NCBI GenBank assembly: GCA_951406725.2
Contig: OX597819.1
Span: 17,422,001-17,486,000 of the forward strand
From: Octopus vulgaris
Taxonomy: Eukaryota
Length of the DNA stretch: 64,000 nucleotides
Direction of reading: 5' to 3'
Positions 14,047 to 29,099 of this stretch are shown here, one piece after another. The notes beneath the pieces were generated by a model that was not told where the DNA came from, searched no databases, and saw only the letters and a list, made by a program, of their open reading frames with translations. The stretch's first letter is position 1, and the number at the start of each line of letters is the position of its first letter. Position numbers and translations under genes: made by a program.

Positions 14047-14273
14047 ATTCCTTTATTCTTATTCATTTATGTTTCAGTCATTTGACTGTGGCCATGCCGG
14101 AGCACCGCCTTTAGTCGAGCAAATCGCCCCGTGGACTTATTCTTTGTAAGCCTAGTACTTATTCTATCGGTCTCTTATTCCGAACTGCTAAGTTACGGGG
14201 ACGCAAACACGCCACCATCGGTTGTCAAGCGATGTTGGGGAGACAAACACAGACACACAAACATATACAGACA

Positions 14274-14354
<81 letters not shown>

Positions 14355-14510
14355 GACGGTCTTCTTTCACTTTCTGTCCACCAAGTCCACTCACAAGGCT
14401 TTGGACGGTCCGAGGCTATAGTAGAAGACACTTGCCCAAGGTGCTACGCAGTGGGACTGAACCTGGAACCATGTGGTTGGTAAGCAAACTACTTACCACA
14501 CAGCCACTCC
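14047..14510 (-). mobile_element. SINE family A
   Basis: Reverse complement of 9256-9675. Confidence 0.88.
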
Positions 14511-14546
14511 ATATATGTGTTTGTGCGTGTGTGTATGTGTGCGTGC

Positions 14547-14582
<36 letters not shown>

Positions 14583-15120
14583 ATGCGCGTGCATGTACAT
14601 GCAATATATTAATACAGACAAATGCGCAGACACAAACAGAAAACAACGTTGCGTCCATACTGACTGAAATTGGATGTCATTAGTACAGAGCAACTGTATT
14701 CTATTCCATTGTTTTGTGCTATTTGTTTTGTAGGCAAATACTTTTGGAAGTCATTGTGCAGTGTGATGCAGTAAATATTGCATTTGTGGGGCATTGTTTT
14801 TTTTTTTTTTCATTAAATCCCCACTTTCAGTTGGAAACGCTTGTGAAAGAAAATTTAGAGAAAAATCACTCTGTACACACAACGGTATAGATATCTCCTT
14901 TCCCACTCTGGCGCACACACACACACACACACATATACAAAAGTAGCGACAACATATATGAACGCACACATGTGCATGCGCAGTCACAAGCATACAATCG
15001 AATGTTGGTCACATACGCACACACACGCACACGCACGCACATGTCGAAATATATGTGTATACGATATGTAACACACACATCTATATTCAATACATATATC
15101 ATTCAAATGTGAGTGTGTGT

Positions 15121-15158
<38 letters not shown>

Positions 15159-15709
15159 CCTATATATGTGTGTGTATGTATGTATACATTTATAACATAC
15201 ATCAGTCGTGTACGCATTTGTATCTAACCCATACACATACGTATATACATGCATGTATTTATGTCATATATGTTCGAAACTTTCGCTCTATCTGTCCTTC
15301 ACTCTCCTTCTCTCTTTCTCTCTGTCTATATATGTGTGTATGTTCGTGTGTGAGTGTGTATGTACGAAAGTACACGCTTATACGTTTAAGTGTCTGTACG
15401 TCTATATGAATTCCATGCCTATATATATATGAAAACCAATAAATATATGTAATATAATAAATATGAATAAAAATATACATATATAAATCAAATTCAAATA
15501 TAAATAAAAGATAGAAAATAAAAGCAGCGAGAAATGAAAAGAAAAAAAACTGAAGGAAAAGAAAGGAAAATAAAATTCTGAAAATCAAAAGTGAAAGTAA
15601 AAGGAACTGGTTTGTCAAAATATCAGAACGTAAGAAAAGCAAGCGGAGTGATATAGGCGTAATCAGGCTTTTCTTTGACAAAAGAATATAAGCTGTGCTT
15701 CCGCCATGT

Positions 15710-15826
<117 letters not shown>

Positions 15827-16359
15827 CACACACACACACACAACAACACACACACACACACACACACATACACACAGAGCAACAAATAGTAAGCAAAAGG
15901 AATGAAGTAAATCATTCTGTAAACAGAAGAAACGGCAACAACAACGTGAATAAGAAAGACAAAAGCGTTGAGGATAGAAAAAAAAAACGTCTTGGAAGAA
16001 TAACAAAGAATAACGAAAAAGAAATGTAATAAACGTAAGTTTTGCAACAACAACAACAATAACAATAACAACCGAAAGTTGAAAGAGGGGGGGAATATGG
16101 AAGAATGATTGAAACAATTGGTAAACGGTATATATTTCTAAAGCACAACTGGTGTGTGTCAAATTTATATTTTCTTTTATATTTATGAATCTACGTTTTC
16201 TTCATTTTCTTTATTTCTTGGTTTTGTTTCTTCGACATTTTTATTTAAATTTTTGTTTTTGTATATTTTTTTTTCTGGATTTACATTTACTTTCCCATAT
16301 TTTTAGTTTCTGTACAAATTTCTTACAGGAACCCACCACCACCACCACCACCACTACAT

Positions 16360-16413
<54 letters not shown>

Positions 16414-16498
16414 ATGATGTAATTTCTTTATTAGTGTCAAGGACATAAAAGGAAGAAGTGTGCCACACAAAATGTGCTCTGATATACATATACGCTTT

Positions 16499-16564
<66 letters not shown>

Positions 16565-18072
16565 CCTTTATTTTTCCATTTGCTCACCCCACCCCCGTTA
16601 CCACTTTGTAACCGGTGTTGGATTGTTTATATCCCAAAAACTCAGTGGTTCGGCAAAAGAGATCTATGCAATAAGTACCAGGCTGGAGCAATTTGTTCGC
16701 CTGGAGTCATCAAGTTGGGTACCCCACAGGACCGCAAGTCAATAACGGAAACGCGTATAAGTTGGAAGTTATATGCGTATGTGTGTGCTTGCATAAGTAC
16801 TCAATCATGCACACACACACACACACACACACATACGCACACATACACGCATATACATGGATACACATACATGAGGCAAATATTGGCTACTACTCTCATG
16901 ACCCAGCAGCCAACCGAAGGAGATTAACGCACAGCAGCATGGGAATTTTGTAAGAAAGATGTGAAATTACAAAACTGATACCATAACGGATTCATTTGAT
17001 TAAAAAGAAAATATATTTCCCGTTGTCATACAGCATGACTAAATCGACTTAAAACAGGTGAAACCTGTGTCATATTTTGATTAGAATGTAAATATATTAT
17101 TTCTGCGACATATGATCAAACTCTTATGATTTACCGCGTTTTGTGTTTTTGACACAATGAAGCAGAGATCTGGCAGAATCATTCCGTACCGAAAAAAAAG
17201 TGGTGGGTGGCATTTCTTCCAATTTTATGTTCCGAGATCAAGTTCCGCTGAGAATATTTGCATGAGAAAGAGGAAGAGAAAAGGGGAAGGGAAAAAGGGA
17301 AAGAAAGAAAAACGTAAATAATACACAGGTAGATACAGAGCAATACACAAACACTAGACATATATGCACTTACTTGTGATAGCTATGAGAAATAGAGAAA
17401 GATGCAAAATAATAGATAAATAAATAAGTAAATAAATAAGCCCCAGCATGGCCACAGCTCGTGAGCTGAAACTAGATGAAATATATATATACATCTGTGA
17501 TAAATGTAAAACAGAGATGGATAAAATAAATGAATAAAATCATATAAATGGCATGGATACATACGAAGTGAACCCATATACACACAGACAAACACTCACA
17601 CATGAAATATCATGGACGGCCGTATGCTGTCAGCAACACAACTAACACGGTCTTACGAGTAGCAAAGGACCACGTTTCGTACTTCTCCCACTGGACGAAG
17701 ACAGCTACGCTCAACAGCAACCGCAGCAGCAGCACAATGGGGTGACAGGTTGGAGTCGAGGGGAAGGCCACACTGCTGCTAAGATCTATGACACACACAC
17801 ACAAGCATACACACACACACACACACAAGGACACAAATGCATCCACATATAAAGATACACATCTTAGAAGAAAAGAATGGACTGGAGCAAGAAGACACAC
17901 GGAAACGAAATGTATGACTGAAGAAGTCACAGATGTGTGACGAAAAATTTCGGGACGATGGACAGTCATTAAATAATAAAATCATAGTAATGAACGAGTG
18001 AAGAAAAATTATAGTACGTGTGTTAATTTGGGAAACAAAAAACAAACAAAAATAAAATGACCATCTCGAAAT

Positions 18073-18135
<63 letters not shown>

Positions 18136-18148
18136 TACTCAAATACAT

Positions 18149-18553
<405 letters not shown>

Positions 18554-19300
18554 ATATGTATATCATAATGCTGAGAGGTTTCTCCTCTATTATTCAGAGT
18601 GCTGTGCCTTAAAGTGCCCACCAATATTTGTTCCATTACTTGATAAATTGTGATGCCTCGCTGACCATAGAAATTTGCATGTTTTTTTAGCGCATGTGCA
18701 AAGTGAATTGGATTGGATTTCAGATTCTGAATTGAAGGACAAATGACAAGAGATGGGAAGGCAACTGTGCATATTTGGTGCACAATGTGCTGGCATGGTT
18801 GCATATCAATGCAACTTCGCAGGCGCTGCTTTGACTACCGAACTTCTTAGCACCGAATGACTACAACATCTGAATCTCTGACCTTACAAGACTCTTATTA
18901 CTGATTATCTCGTAGTAGCCAGACGTTTTAAGTGCTTGGTGATGAATTTATCTTCACTGCAATGTACGTTGTACTATAATGTCTGCACACGCTCACACAC
19001 AAACCCGCACACTCACACATAATTATATTATACACAACACAACTTTAAGACAAAGAAACGAGTATAGTTCCATGCGCTGTTATGACGTCGAGCACCTTCT
19101 TCTGAATTGGTCGTGTAATACAAAAGAGGGGAGGAAAGAGGAGAAAGAATATGTATGAAAGAAATACTTTATGCGGAAATGTTCACATGGCACTGGTGTA
19201 GCTGATACCTGCTGATTGACCAGAAGTTGAAGGGTTGCGGGGTAGGAGGAGTGGTCACATAAGAGAAAGAATGAGAGAAAATAGATGCGTTCGTGTACAT

Positions 19301-19463
19301 AGGCGCAGGAGTGGCTGTGTGGTAAGTAGCTTGCTTACCAACCACATGGTTCTGGCTTCAGTCCCACTGCATGGCACCTTGGGCAAGTGTCTTCTACTAT
19401 AGCCTCGGGTCGACCAAAGCCTTGTGAGTGGATTTGGTAGACGGAAACTGAAAGAAGCCTGTC

Positions 19464-19534
<71 letters not shown>

Positions 19535-19770
19535 CGTGTGTATCTGTTTGTGTGTCTGTGTTTGTCCCCTTAGCATTGCTTGACAACCGATGCTGGTGTG
19601 TTTACGTCCCCGTCACTTAGCGGTTCGGCAAAAGAGACCGATAGAATAAGTACTGGGCTTACAAAGAATAAGTCCAGGGGTCGATTTGCTCGATTGAAAG
19701 GCGGTGCTTCAGCATGGCCGCAGTCAAATGACTGAAACAAGTAAAAGAAAAAGAAAGAAAAGAATAAAAG
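19301..19770 (+). mobile_element. SINE family A
   Basis: Near-identical to 9256-9675. Confidence 0.9.
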
Positions 19771-19956
19771 AAAAAAATTATCTGTATGGGTATTGTGCCA
19801 AAGTAGTCGCCTGTGTGTGTGTGTGTGTGTGTATCTATTATATGTACAATGTGCGTTTGTGTGTGAGTAGGCAAAAACATGTCATTCCCTAATATGTATT
19901 GTGAATGTGCTTGTATGTCTGCTCCCGAGGCTGTTTTGAACTAAAGCTAAAGTGCC

Positions 19957-20238
19957 ACTCTGTCGGTTACGATGACGAGTGTTCCAGTTGATCCGATCAG
20001 CAGAACAGCCTGCTCGTGAAATTAATGTGCAAGTGGCTGAGCACTCCACAGACACGTATGCCCATAACGTAGTTGTCAAGAAGCATCAGTGTAGTACAAA
20101 ATGTGAATTACTGGTACAGCCTGTATTTGTCAGCTGAGTAAACTGGAAAAATGAGGAATAAAGTGTCTTGCTCACAGATACAACACTCCACCGGGAATCG
20201 AACGCACGACATTACGAACCTGAGCGTTATACTCCGAC
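19957..20238 (-). mobile_element. SINE family E
   Basis: Similar to 26882-27192. Confidence 0.8.
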
Positions 20239-20258
20239 CGTATACAGTTAATGGATGA

Positions 20259-20492
20259 TAGGGCGCCGAGCTGGCAGAAACGTTAGCGCGCCAGGCGAAA
20301 TGCTTAGCGGTATTTCGTCTGTCATTACGTTCTGAGTTCAAATTCCGCCGAGATCGACTTTGCCTTTCATCCTTTCGGGGTCGATAAATAAAGTACCAGT
20401 TTCACACTGGGGTCGATATAATCGACTTAATCCGTTTGTCTGTCCTTGTTTGTTCTCTCTGTGTTTAGCCCCTTGTGGGTAGTAAAGAGATA
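20259..20492 (+). mobile_element. SINE family B with TSD
   Basis: TSD TATACAGTYAATGGATGA at 20241-20258 and 20493-20510. Confidence 0.9.
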
Positions 20493-21182
20493 TATACAGT
20501 CAATGGATGACTACTGATGTATGTATGCGTATGTATATGTGTATAAATTTTGTTACATTGGGAAGAGGCTACATAGAAGCATGAGGAAATATAGCTCATG
20601 TGTGTATGTGGATATGTGTATATATGATGCGCGTGCAAGCGAGAATGTGTTGATGGTTTCCGTTAGATGTTTTTCTCTGTTAGGTATAATCGACATTTAT
20701 GAGACCCATTGATGACAGCAGTGGCGTATTAATGAGCGGCAGTTCATTGTACAATATTTTTTGCCTTGCACCTTCAGATTTATTTAAACAAAGGTGTGAT
20801 TTGCTTTTTGTGTGTTTTAGATTTTACTGCTTTTAAGATTTTACTGCTTTTAAGGCCGAAACACATTTATTTTGTTTTTATATCATCAGTTGAAGAAAAC
20901 TTGGCTCAATATATCAATGAGAAGGTAGCGTGTATGTGTGTGTGTGTGTGTGTGTTTAAAAGTACAGTGCGTGTTTCAAGTCTCTGATCATCGTATGAGA
21001 ACATTGGTCGTTGAGCTGAGATCCTAAGTGAGGTTTCTGGCGTGAAAATGAAATATAATGCTGTTCTCGGCAAAACTGGGGACACACACAAACATGCACA
21101 CACACACACACATACACACATATAGACTCACACACACACACATACACACACACACACGCACACACACACACACGTAAAGAAA

Positions 21183-21567
21183 ATGGAAAGTGAGAACACA
21201 AAAAAATCAATTTATTTATCTAATAGACAATTTCATGTTGCCAACGCACGTTTCAATTTTTCACCTTCATTCATATTTTATAGCTAAAATTGCATCATGA
21301 ATTTAAAAGGTAAAAATCTCTTCAGGGCAAAAATTGACATATATTCATTTACATCCTAATGGATGCAAAGTTCATTGAACTTTCTATCCATTAGGATGTA
21401 AATGAATATATGCCAATTTCTGCTCTGAAGAGTTTTTTACCTTTTAATTTCATAATGCAATTTTGATTATAAAATATGAATGAAGATGAAAAATTGAAAC
21501 GTGCGTAGGCGACATGAAATTGACTATTAGATAAATAAATTGAGTTTTCTGTGTTCTCACTCCCCAT
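21183..21567. mobile_element. ~385-bp fold-back palindrome with one hammerhead per arm (PLE-like)
   Basis: Centre AAAGTTCA-T-TGAACTTT at ~21375. Plus arm: CTGAAGA 21425-21431 and GAAAC-GTGC-GTA 21496-21507. Mirror motif on minus at 21243-21325. Followed by (TA)n. Confidence 0.82.
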
Positions 21568-21589
21568 CTACTTTATTTTATATTATATC

Positions 21590-21682
<93 letters not shown>

Positions 21683-21685
<3 letters not shown>

Positions 21686-21960
21686 AATGATTAAGATAAA
21701 CACACGTTTATATTATTAGTTTCTATGTACGTTTCACCATTATAACTGATTGGAACCGTTCTAAGGGTAGAAGGATGCTTCATCAGGGAACATTTTACTA
21801 CAATGTATTACACATAGCTAGAGTGCAATGAATAGTTTCCTGATGATCCGAGCTGATGTAGCATCGGATGATACTTGGCACATTGGCATTGGGGACCCAT
21901 GCAACCACAATGGTGAAGCGTACGTAGGGAGGAATAAAGCAAACTTGTGTTTGTCTCGGT
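21683..21960. mobile_element. Diverged inverted pair of hammerhead motifs next to (TA)n
   Basis: Minus: GTTCC-CTGATGA (21780-21786)...GGT-GAAAC-GTAC-ATA-GAAAC. Plus: GTTTC-CTGATGA (21840-21846)...GGT-GAAGC-GTAC-GTA (21915-21926). Confidence 0.6.
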
Positions 21961-22342
21961 CTCTCCGACACTTTCTCGGTATGTTTTAATTAGTAATACA
22001 GTGCTTAGTATAGTTGTTACTCAACCTCTACATTAGAAGCTGTCTGGATGATGAGGATCTACGCTGTGTTCTAAACATAGCAATTTCAGTCGTACATGAA
22101 TTTATACACACACACATGTACATATATAAATGTATGTCTGTCTGTGTATTAAACCCGCTACACACTGATATGTCTGTATGTTCTTCTGTCCGTATATCTG
22201 CTGCACTGTCTTGAGGCTATCAGTTTCCCGTCTCTTTATCTCTCTCCCTTTTATATCTGTCTCCACATCTGCTTCTGTATCTCTCAGACAATATGTAATA
22301 TAGCTTCTTAATCGTCTGTGTTTTCATATGTTCATCTTAACA

Positions 22343-22376
<34 letters not shown>

Positions 22377-22473
22377 ATTATACAACTATACCAACATACA
22401 TACAAACGCGTACATACATGTATAATTAGTCATACACACACGTACATATATACATATTTGCCCATTATTAAAT

Positions 22474-22504
<31 letters not shown>

Positions 22505-23544
22505 AATACATGCGACACAAACACACACATATATATGTGTATTATATATATATAATAGAATATGTATATATACTTGTCGGTATATCATATACACATACTA
22601 TATGTGTATTTGATATTTGCATGCGCGTGAGCTCGCACACCCACACACACACATGTGCGTGTATATACGTTTGTATTTCTGCTTATCGACGTCTATCTTC
22701 TCGTATAAGGCGTGTTTGAAAATTACAGCCAAACTTTGCAGGTAACAATTCAGTTAAAGAACATTTAAGAGTTATTGATGAACATGTTAAGAATTTAAGA
22801 ATCATTTGATTTCCTTTGTGTTCTGGATGTTGGAAGGCGAATAACTGTCGCAGATTCTAGTGTTTATTGACGTAATACCGATATAATTTCTGTCTGTCTC
22901 ACCAGCTGAAGAGTTCTCGACTCAAAATATCAATGCTTTATTAAGGCACTTTACACTGGAGCCATAAGGAGTAGAATCATTACAAGAACACAGCGATGAT
23001 GGTTTAGAACTGATTGTGTTGATGGTTTTACGTCTTGTTTCATTTATTCTTGACCGGAGGCAGCAAAATTCTTAATGCAAAACTTTTAGACTCCGTTTTT
23101 TAAAAATATTTTATTAGAAAATTCACTGGCATCTTCCATAGACTAGAATTCTCATCGACAAAGTAAACGCAATGGTTTACTCTACGCAAAACGGGATTTA
23201 AACGAAAAAAGAATTTTCTTTCTCTGCGTCTGCGCTATTGTGGCATTGCTTGTGTTGTCTTTAGTTTTTAAATCTACTTTCTACTAAACCGTTAGTATAA
23301 TAAACATGTGCACCTGAAAGATATGGGAAGAGATTATTGGAAGTCCATCAATACAGGTAGAGATTTTAGGAGTCCATCTGCTAATGTTATTCACTTCATT
23401 TTTTTTAAAATACTGTCGAAGTGTGTTTATATAATGTATATATCGCAATTTTTATTTATCGTGAAATTATTTGTTGGATTTTTTAGTAAATCATATGACT
23501 AAAATATTTAGGAAATTTCGTATTGGTGTTCACTGCAATTATTG

Positions 23545-23837
23545 CAGTGGTTCCCAAACTTTTTCGGGTTGCCGCCCTCGTGACACCCAGGCCACATTTC
23601 TAGCGTCCCCATCCCAACTAACCATCTCAAACACAGACCCCTTTCTGAAGCAAATTCGAAGCAACTACATTTTACAAATAAAAATTAACGTAATGAACCC
23701 ATTATTTGATTGTTTTTACATGAATCGCTACCCCATTATCGCCCCACTTTTCATCAGCGTCCCTCTTGGAACTTTCCACCATCCCTAGAATGTATGTGTG
23801 TGTGTGTGCGCAATACTGCCCACTTTGGGAACCACTG
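23545..23837. mobile_element. hAT-type MITE
   Basis: TIRs CAGTGGTTCCCAAA / TTTGGGAACCACTG; 8-bp TSD AATTATTG/AATTATTT. Confidence 0.85.
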
Positions 23838-24463
23838 AATTATTTCTCTAAATTCTCTAGGGATATCTTTTAATAGTCTTCCGAGAGCGGGGGCATTTTC
23901 AGAGGCTCAGTTTGTGTTCAGGCACTTGTCACTACAAACGCCTTAATTTTAATGGAAAAAAACCCGAAGCTCACAGTTTTCTTCCATTGTAATATCCGTG
24001 GAGACATTGAGGAACTTATCGGGACTATACCTTACTTCAGACAGGTTTCACGGAATAGCAATAAATTTTCGGGCATGTATTATATCTAATATCAGCGTAA
24101 TTAATGATAGAGAAAGAACTACCAAACATTAAACCCTTTGGACGCAAGATTGTGTGGTAAAGAGATAAAACTGAAATATAAGAAACTGAATGGATTTGCA
24201 AATAACTTTATATTCTATGATATTAAACCGCTTCCTTGCCAATCTGCGATTATCTCATAATGCTAAAATGGCGTTTGAATAATTTTTAAATTAATGGAAC
24301 CTAAAATAGGTTTTCTAAATTTACCTAATTGATTTTAGGAAGGATTAATGAGTCTAAACATGGAATTAGATTAATTTATCCATGTAGACTTTCGAATGTG
24401 ATAAAATTTGGCGCTGGGCCAGATAGTCACCTACGTAAAAATACACACACGTGTATATATGTT

Positions 24464-24494
<31 letters not shown>

Positions 24495-24949
24495 CACACA
24501 CACACACATATTATATATATGTATGCCTGCATGTGTGTGGATATATAGAGATGTATTACTGAACAGGTGAATAAACACGCAAACACGAGGACAATAAACA
24601 CACACACAAACACACGATTAGATAGAAAGCTTCACGCATTTACATAGGAATAGACATTTATAGATACAGATGAAAAATAAAATATTAAAAGATAAATTCA
24701 CAAATTCAGACATGGATTAACAGATGAACTAATATTTGCCTGAGCTCATGTGTTAGCTGCAATGGAGATCTTGTACAACCAAGCTGCAAAAATAGTAGTC
24801 ACTATATTTTCGAGACACTATTTCTCGCTTATATAAAAACTGACTGTTTCACAATTTATTCCGCTTCTGGCCGCTTGCTATTGACAATATATGCTGCCAA
24901 CAACTCTATGTTACATCATGATTTAAACCTGTAATTATCAATTATTCAA

Positions 24950-24995
24950 CAGCGGCTGACGACGTGAATATTCACCGAAACCTTAGGTAGCTTGA
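24950..24995 (+). ncRNA. Hammerhead motif, partly decayed
   Basis: CTGACGA 24956-24962; stem II GTGAA/TTCAC; GAAAC-CTTAG-GTA 24977-24989; stem I is weak. Confidence 0.55.
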
Positions 24996-25217
24996 AGTAA
25001 ATATTAATAGTTTTCTGAATGTTATTTATTTGATTCACACAGATGCTACGTTTTAGCACCAACTCTCAACTGAATAATTGCGTGGTCTTGTTTTTAAGTA
25101 GTTTGCTTAGATAAAATAAACTTGCATTGTTTTGGTTCATAGTCGTATGTGATTATATATATATATATATATATATGTTTATATATGCGCATAATCTTAT
25201 ACCTATCAATACACACA

Positions 25218-25254
<37 letters not shown>

Positions 25255-26827
25255 TGATTATTTATTTCTATATATGCATATATTAAGTTATTTATTCCTT
25301 CATGAGCATATTTTTATGTAGTCTATATGTGTATGTGCATACATTGTGTATATGAGTGCGTTGTGTGTATGTGTGTTGTTTTCAAGTGCTATGTATGTAC
25401 GTGAGAGATAAATGTTTATTGTCTTTGATGCTGCATAACTCTACTTTCATATTTTCAAACACACCTCTTAGATCGTAAACAAAGTGAAATCACGTGGTAC
25501 GCTCAGCCTAAATCTGCCTGACCTGGAAATAAAAATTCCTATAAAGAAAACAGAGAAGAAAACAAGCGAATAATACCATATGTTGCTTCATAGGGAATAA
25601 TTCGTTTACGGTCAACTCATATTCTTCTATTGTGTTGTTAAAGAGAAAAACAACAGCAAACGATGAATATTCGCCCTATTTCTGTTTGTGATTTATACGC
25701 GTCGTTTTGTTTTCTCTTTTCCATTTTAACATTGTCTTTCTTAGTTATTCTTTGGAGACTACCTAAACCTATTTCCTCTTCCGGAGCTGAAATTCTTTCA
25801 GGTTAGTAATTAAATAACTGTTCATATATAACGTTTCACTGTAGAATGTTCAAATATAGCTTTAAGCTGCTGTGTATATGCAAGGATTAAAACGATATCA
25901 AAACATTTGATACGTGCTTGTGGTATAAGGAGATTAATACGGCGAGTGCATATTATAGGGAAAACGTGACGTATATCTTGGGGAATTAATTACACGGAGA
26001 TATGCAGAAGTAGACGTGAGGTCGAGTCCCATCAGCCTTTCACTTATCTATTCAGATTTAACAATGAACCGTAAACGTTGTCTCAACGTCGCAAGAACAT
26101 ATGTGAGGGCAAATATTATATCAAGAGATTTGTTACGTGCTGGACTTGAAGGAGATTAATACGGTGGCTGAAGTCTCTACGTAAAAAAGCTTAAATAAAA
26201 CGAAATGTTTTAAAAGCTGGGAGGAGGTGGACGCAAGTTCCATTTCAGACCTGGTTGTATTATTATATTTTAGTTCTGTCATGTGACCTGCTATATATAT
26301 ATACAGACAACGGTGGTCTGTTTGTATGTTAACAAGTGTAATAATAAATATCTGCTCAGTTTATTTATTTGAAAACATAGAATTCAAGTAGGAGGTGGGA
26401 AAGAAAAAGGCAGAGGTATTTCAGGTGAAAGTAATTTAATCAATATGAGTGTATCTTAAAGAAAAACGAAAGGAAATAATCGTTCATCGAAGTTAAAAAT
26501 GTGACTAATTTTTCTGTTTTCGAAAATTAAGGCAACGTGTGTGCTTATTGGCGTAAAGGTATTTCATTGTTTACATTTTTTCAGTTATTGGATGGCAGCC
26601 ATGATGGAGCACTGCGTTGAAGGGTTTTAATCAAACAAATCGATCAGATTACTTGTTTGCTCTAAAGTTTGGTACTTATTCTATTTGTCACTTTTGCCGA
26701 ACCGCTGATGTTATGGGGGACGTAAACAAACCAATACTGGTTGTCAAGCGGCGTGTGTGTGAGGCAAAGACAGACACAAAGACACACGCACATTTATATA
26801 CATATATATCTATATACATATACATAC

Positions 26828-26874
<47 letters not shown>

Positions 26875-26881
26875 TAAGAAG

Positions 26882-27191
26882 CTCTCTGTCGGTTAGGACG
26901 ACTAGGGTCCCAGCTGATACAGCTAATACAGCCTGCTCGTGAAATTAACGTGCAAGTGGCTGAGTACTCCACTGACATGTGTACCTCTAACGTAGTTTTC
27001 AAGGAGATTCAGCGTGACACAGAGTGTGACAAGGCTGGCCACTTTGAAATTCAGGTACTACTTATTTTTGCCAGCTGAGTGGACTGGAGCAACGTGAAAT
27101 AAAGTGTCTTGAGCACAACACGTCGCCGAGAATTGAGCTCACGACATTACGATCATGAGTCGAATGCCCTAACCGCTAAGCTACGCGCCTT

Positions 27192-27192
<1 letters not shown>
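26882..27192 (-). mobile_element. SINE family E
   Basis: tRNA-like head TGAAGGCGCGTAGCTTAGCGGTTAGGG on the minus strand; central domain shared with family D. Confidence 0.82.
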
Positions 27193-27239
<47 letters not shown>

Positions 27240-27386
27240 CACACATACACACACACACACATACACACACGTGAATATAAGTCGAAAGAAATTGTTGGTA
27301 TTTTTTTCTTTTTATGATATAATATATTATATTATAGCATAAATAAATTGCTAGGTTGTCAATTCTATTTCTGTATTTAATTAATT

Positions 27387-27446
<60 letters not shown>

Positions 27447-27495
27447 ATATATATATATATTGAAGACATGAAACGATTGTAGTGGCGTTTTATTT

Positions 27496-27542
<47 letters not shown>

Positions 27543-28173
27543 CCTGTCTGATTTATATATTTGCCTACTAGAGGCTGCCACACAATTTCTGTCCAGCATA
27601 TTCACTCACAGGACACGGGTCGAACCCGGGATGTCGTTGAAGACACATGTCCAATATCTCTCACAATGAAGCTGAATCTAGAGCTGCGTGCTTACAAAAC
27701 AGGAGCTTCGTAACTGCATGACAATACTTGCGCCTATGGAGAGAATTAAAGCAAATCGACTGCCAAACAATAGCTGGAGCATGTTTAACAATTCAAGAAC
27801 TCTGGAAGCCATATATGCCAGAAAAACTTGAATGTGGAATCGAATTATTGCTTAAGTAACCAAAGTGAGTACTGACAAATTGTAAAAGTGTATTTTCTCA
27901 AATATTTACTTTAAAATATCTAATCAAATGTGCACTAGGCAGACATATGTCGTTTACTTAAAGAAATAGACATCCACACACACCTATCAATGAAGTTATC
28001 TTCCCGCTCATCTCTCTGTCTGTCATTCTTTCTCTCTTCTCTCTTTATACTTTTTTGAAGTTTTCTCTGGTCAGCCAAGGCATGAATGGCCAAGGGCGAA
28101 ACTTGAAGTAGACTATCAATATTGATGTTGCGATATATACATACATACACACACACATATAGATATATACAAA

Positions 28174-28204
<31 letters not shown>

Positions 28205-28379
28205 GGTAATCAGAGTTGGCGGTTGGAATAACCATCTAAGGGATAATAATATCTGTTCTTACTACCGGTATCATTTACATATGTCAACTCTGGGCATGAG
28301 TTTGCAAGCACACTATGCTCATATTTTACATGTAATAACTGAATAAACAGAACTTTATCAGGAATCAAAGTTTAAATAA

Positions 28380-28816
28380 AAATGGAGAAAACTTTTGATC
28401 AACAAACAAACAAATTGAACAACATGGTTTAATTATTTTTAAATACAAAACATAATATATGTTTTTACGGCCGTTTCGACCTCCTATGTCAGTCGGTGCT
28501 GATAAAGAAAATTCCTAAAATAATATTCGTCATCTTTGTAGAACATTCGATCTAGTACATTGAGCTTCATCATTCACCAGAGAGAATACAAATACATAAA
28601 ATAAAAGAAGGAAGAGGAAAGAACAGGGCCTCGAGATGTGGCCAGATTGATCAATACATTAGAATGATATCATTTTGAAGTGTGAAGCATGAAGTCGATA
28701 GGCAGCCGAAACGGCCGTAAGAAATCTTATGTTATGTTTTGTAATAAGAAAATAATTAACCGATGTTGGTTAATCTGTTGATCAAAAGGTTTCTTCATTT
28801 TCTGCTTATTTGAATG
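28380..28816. mobile_element. Old inverted repeat with hammerhead 3' half (GAAAC-GGCC-GTA) in both arms
   Basis: TACGGCCGTTTC at 28466-28477 and GAAACGGCCGTA at 28708-28719; the outer ~90 bp are reverse-complementary; ends at (TA)n; the 5' core is not clearly preserved. Confidence 0.6.
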
Positions 28817-28877
<61 letters not shown>

Positions 28878-29099
28878 TATAAATATACGTGGTTTTGTGG
28901 TCAGAGGCATGCTTCCAAAACACATGGTTCCGGTTTCAGTCCCACTGCGTTGCACCTTGCGCAAGTGTCTTCTGCTATAGCCTCGGACTGACCACAGCTC
29001 TGTGTGTGGATTTGTTAGAGGGAAACTGAAAGAAGCCCCTCGTATATATATATATATACATATATTTATTTCCGAATGTAACCACATGTGGATCGTTGG

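Noticed and set aside
17914-17970. CTGAAGA-A-GTCACA/TGTGAC-GAAA hammerhead-like motif
   Set aside because: Stem II is good, but no stem III or NUH triplet is in register.
27461-27498. TGAAGA-CAT-GAAAC-GATT-GTA between TA runs (similar fragments at 41012-41023 and 63705-63726)
   Set aside because: Too short or incomplete to separate from chance; these are possible HHR remnants only.
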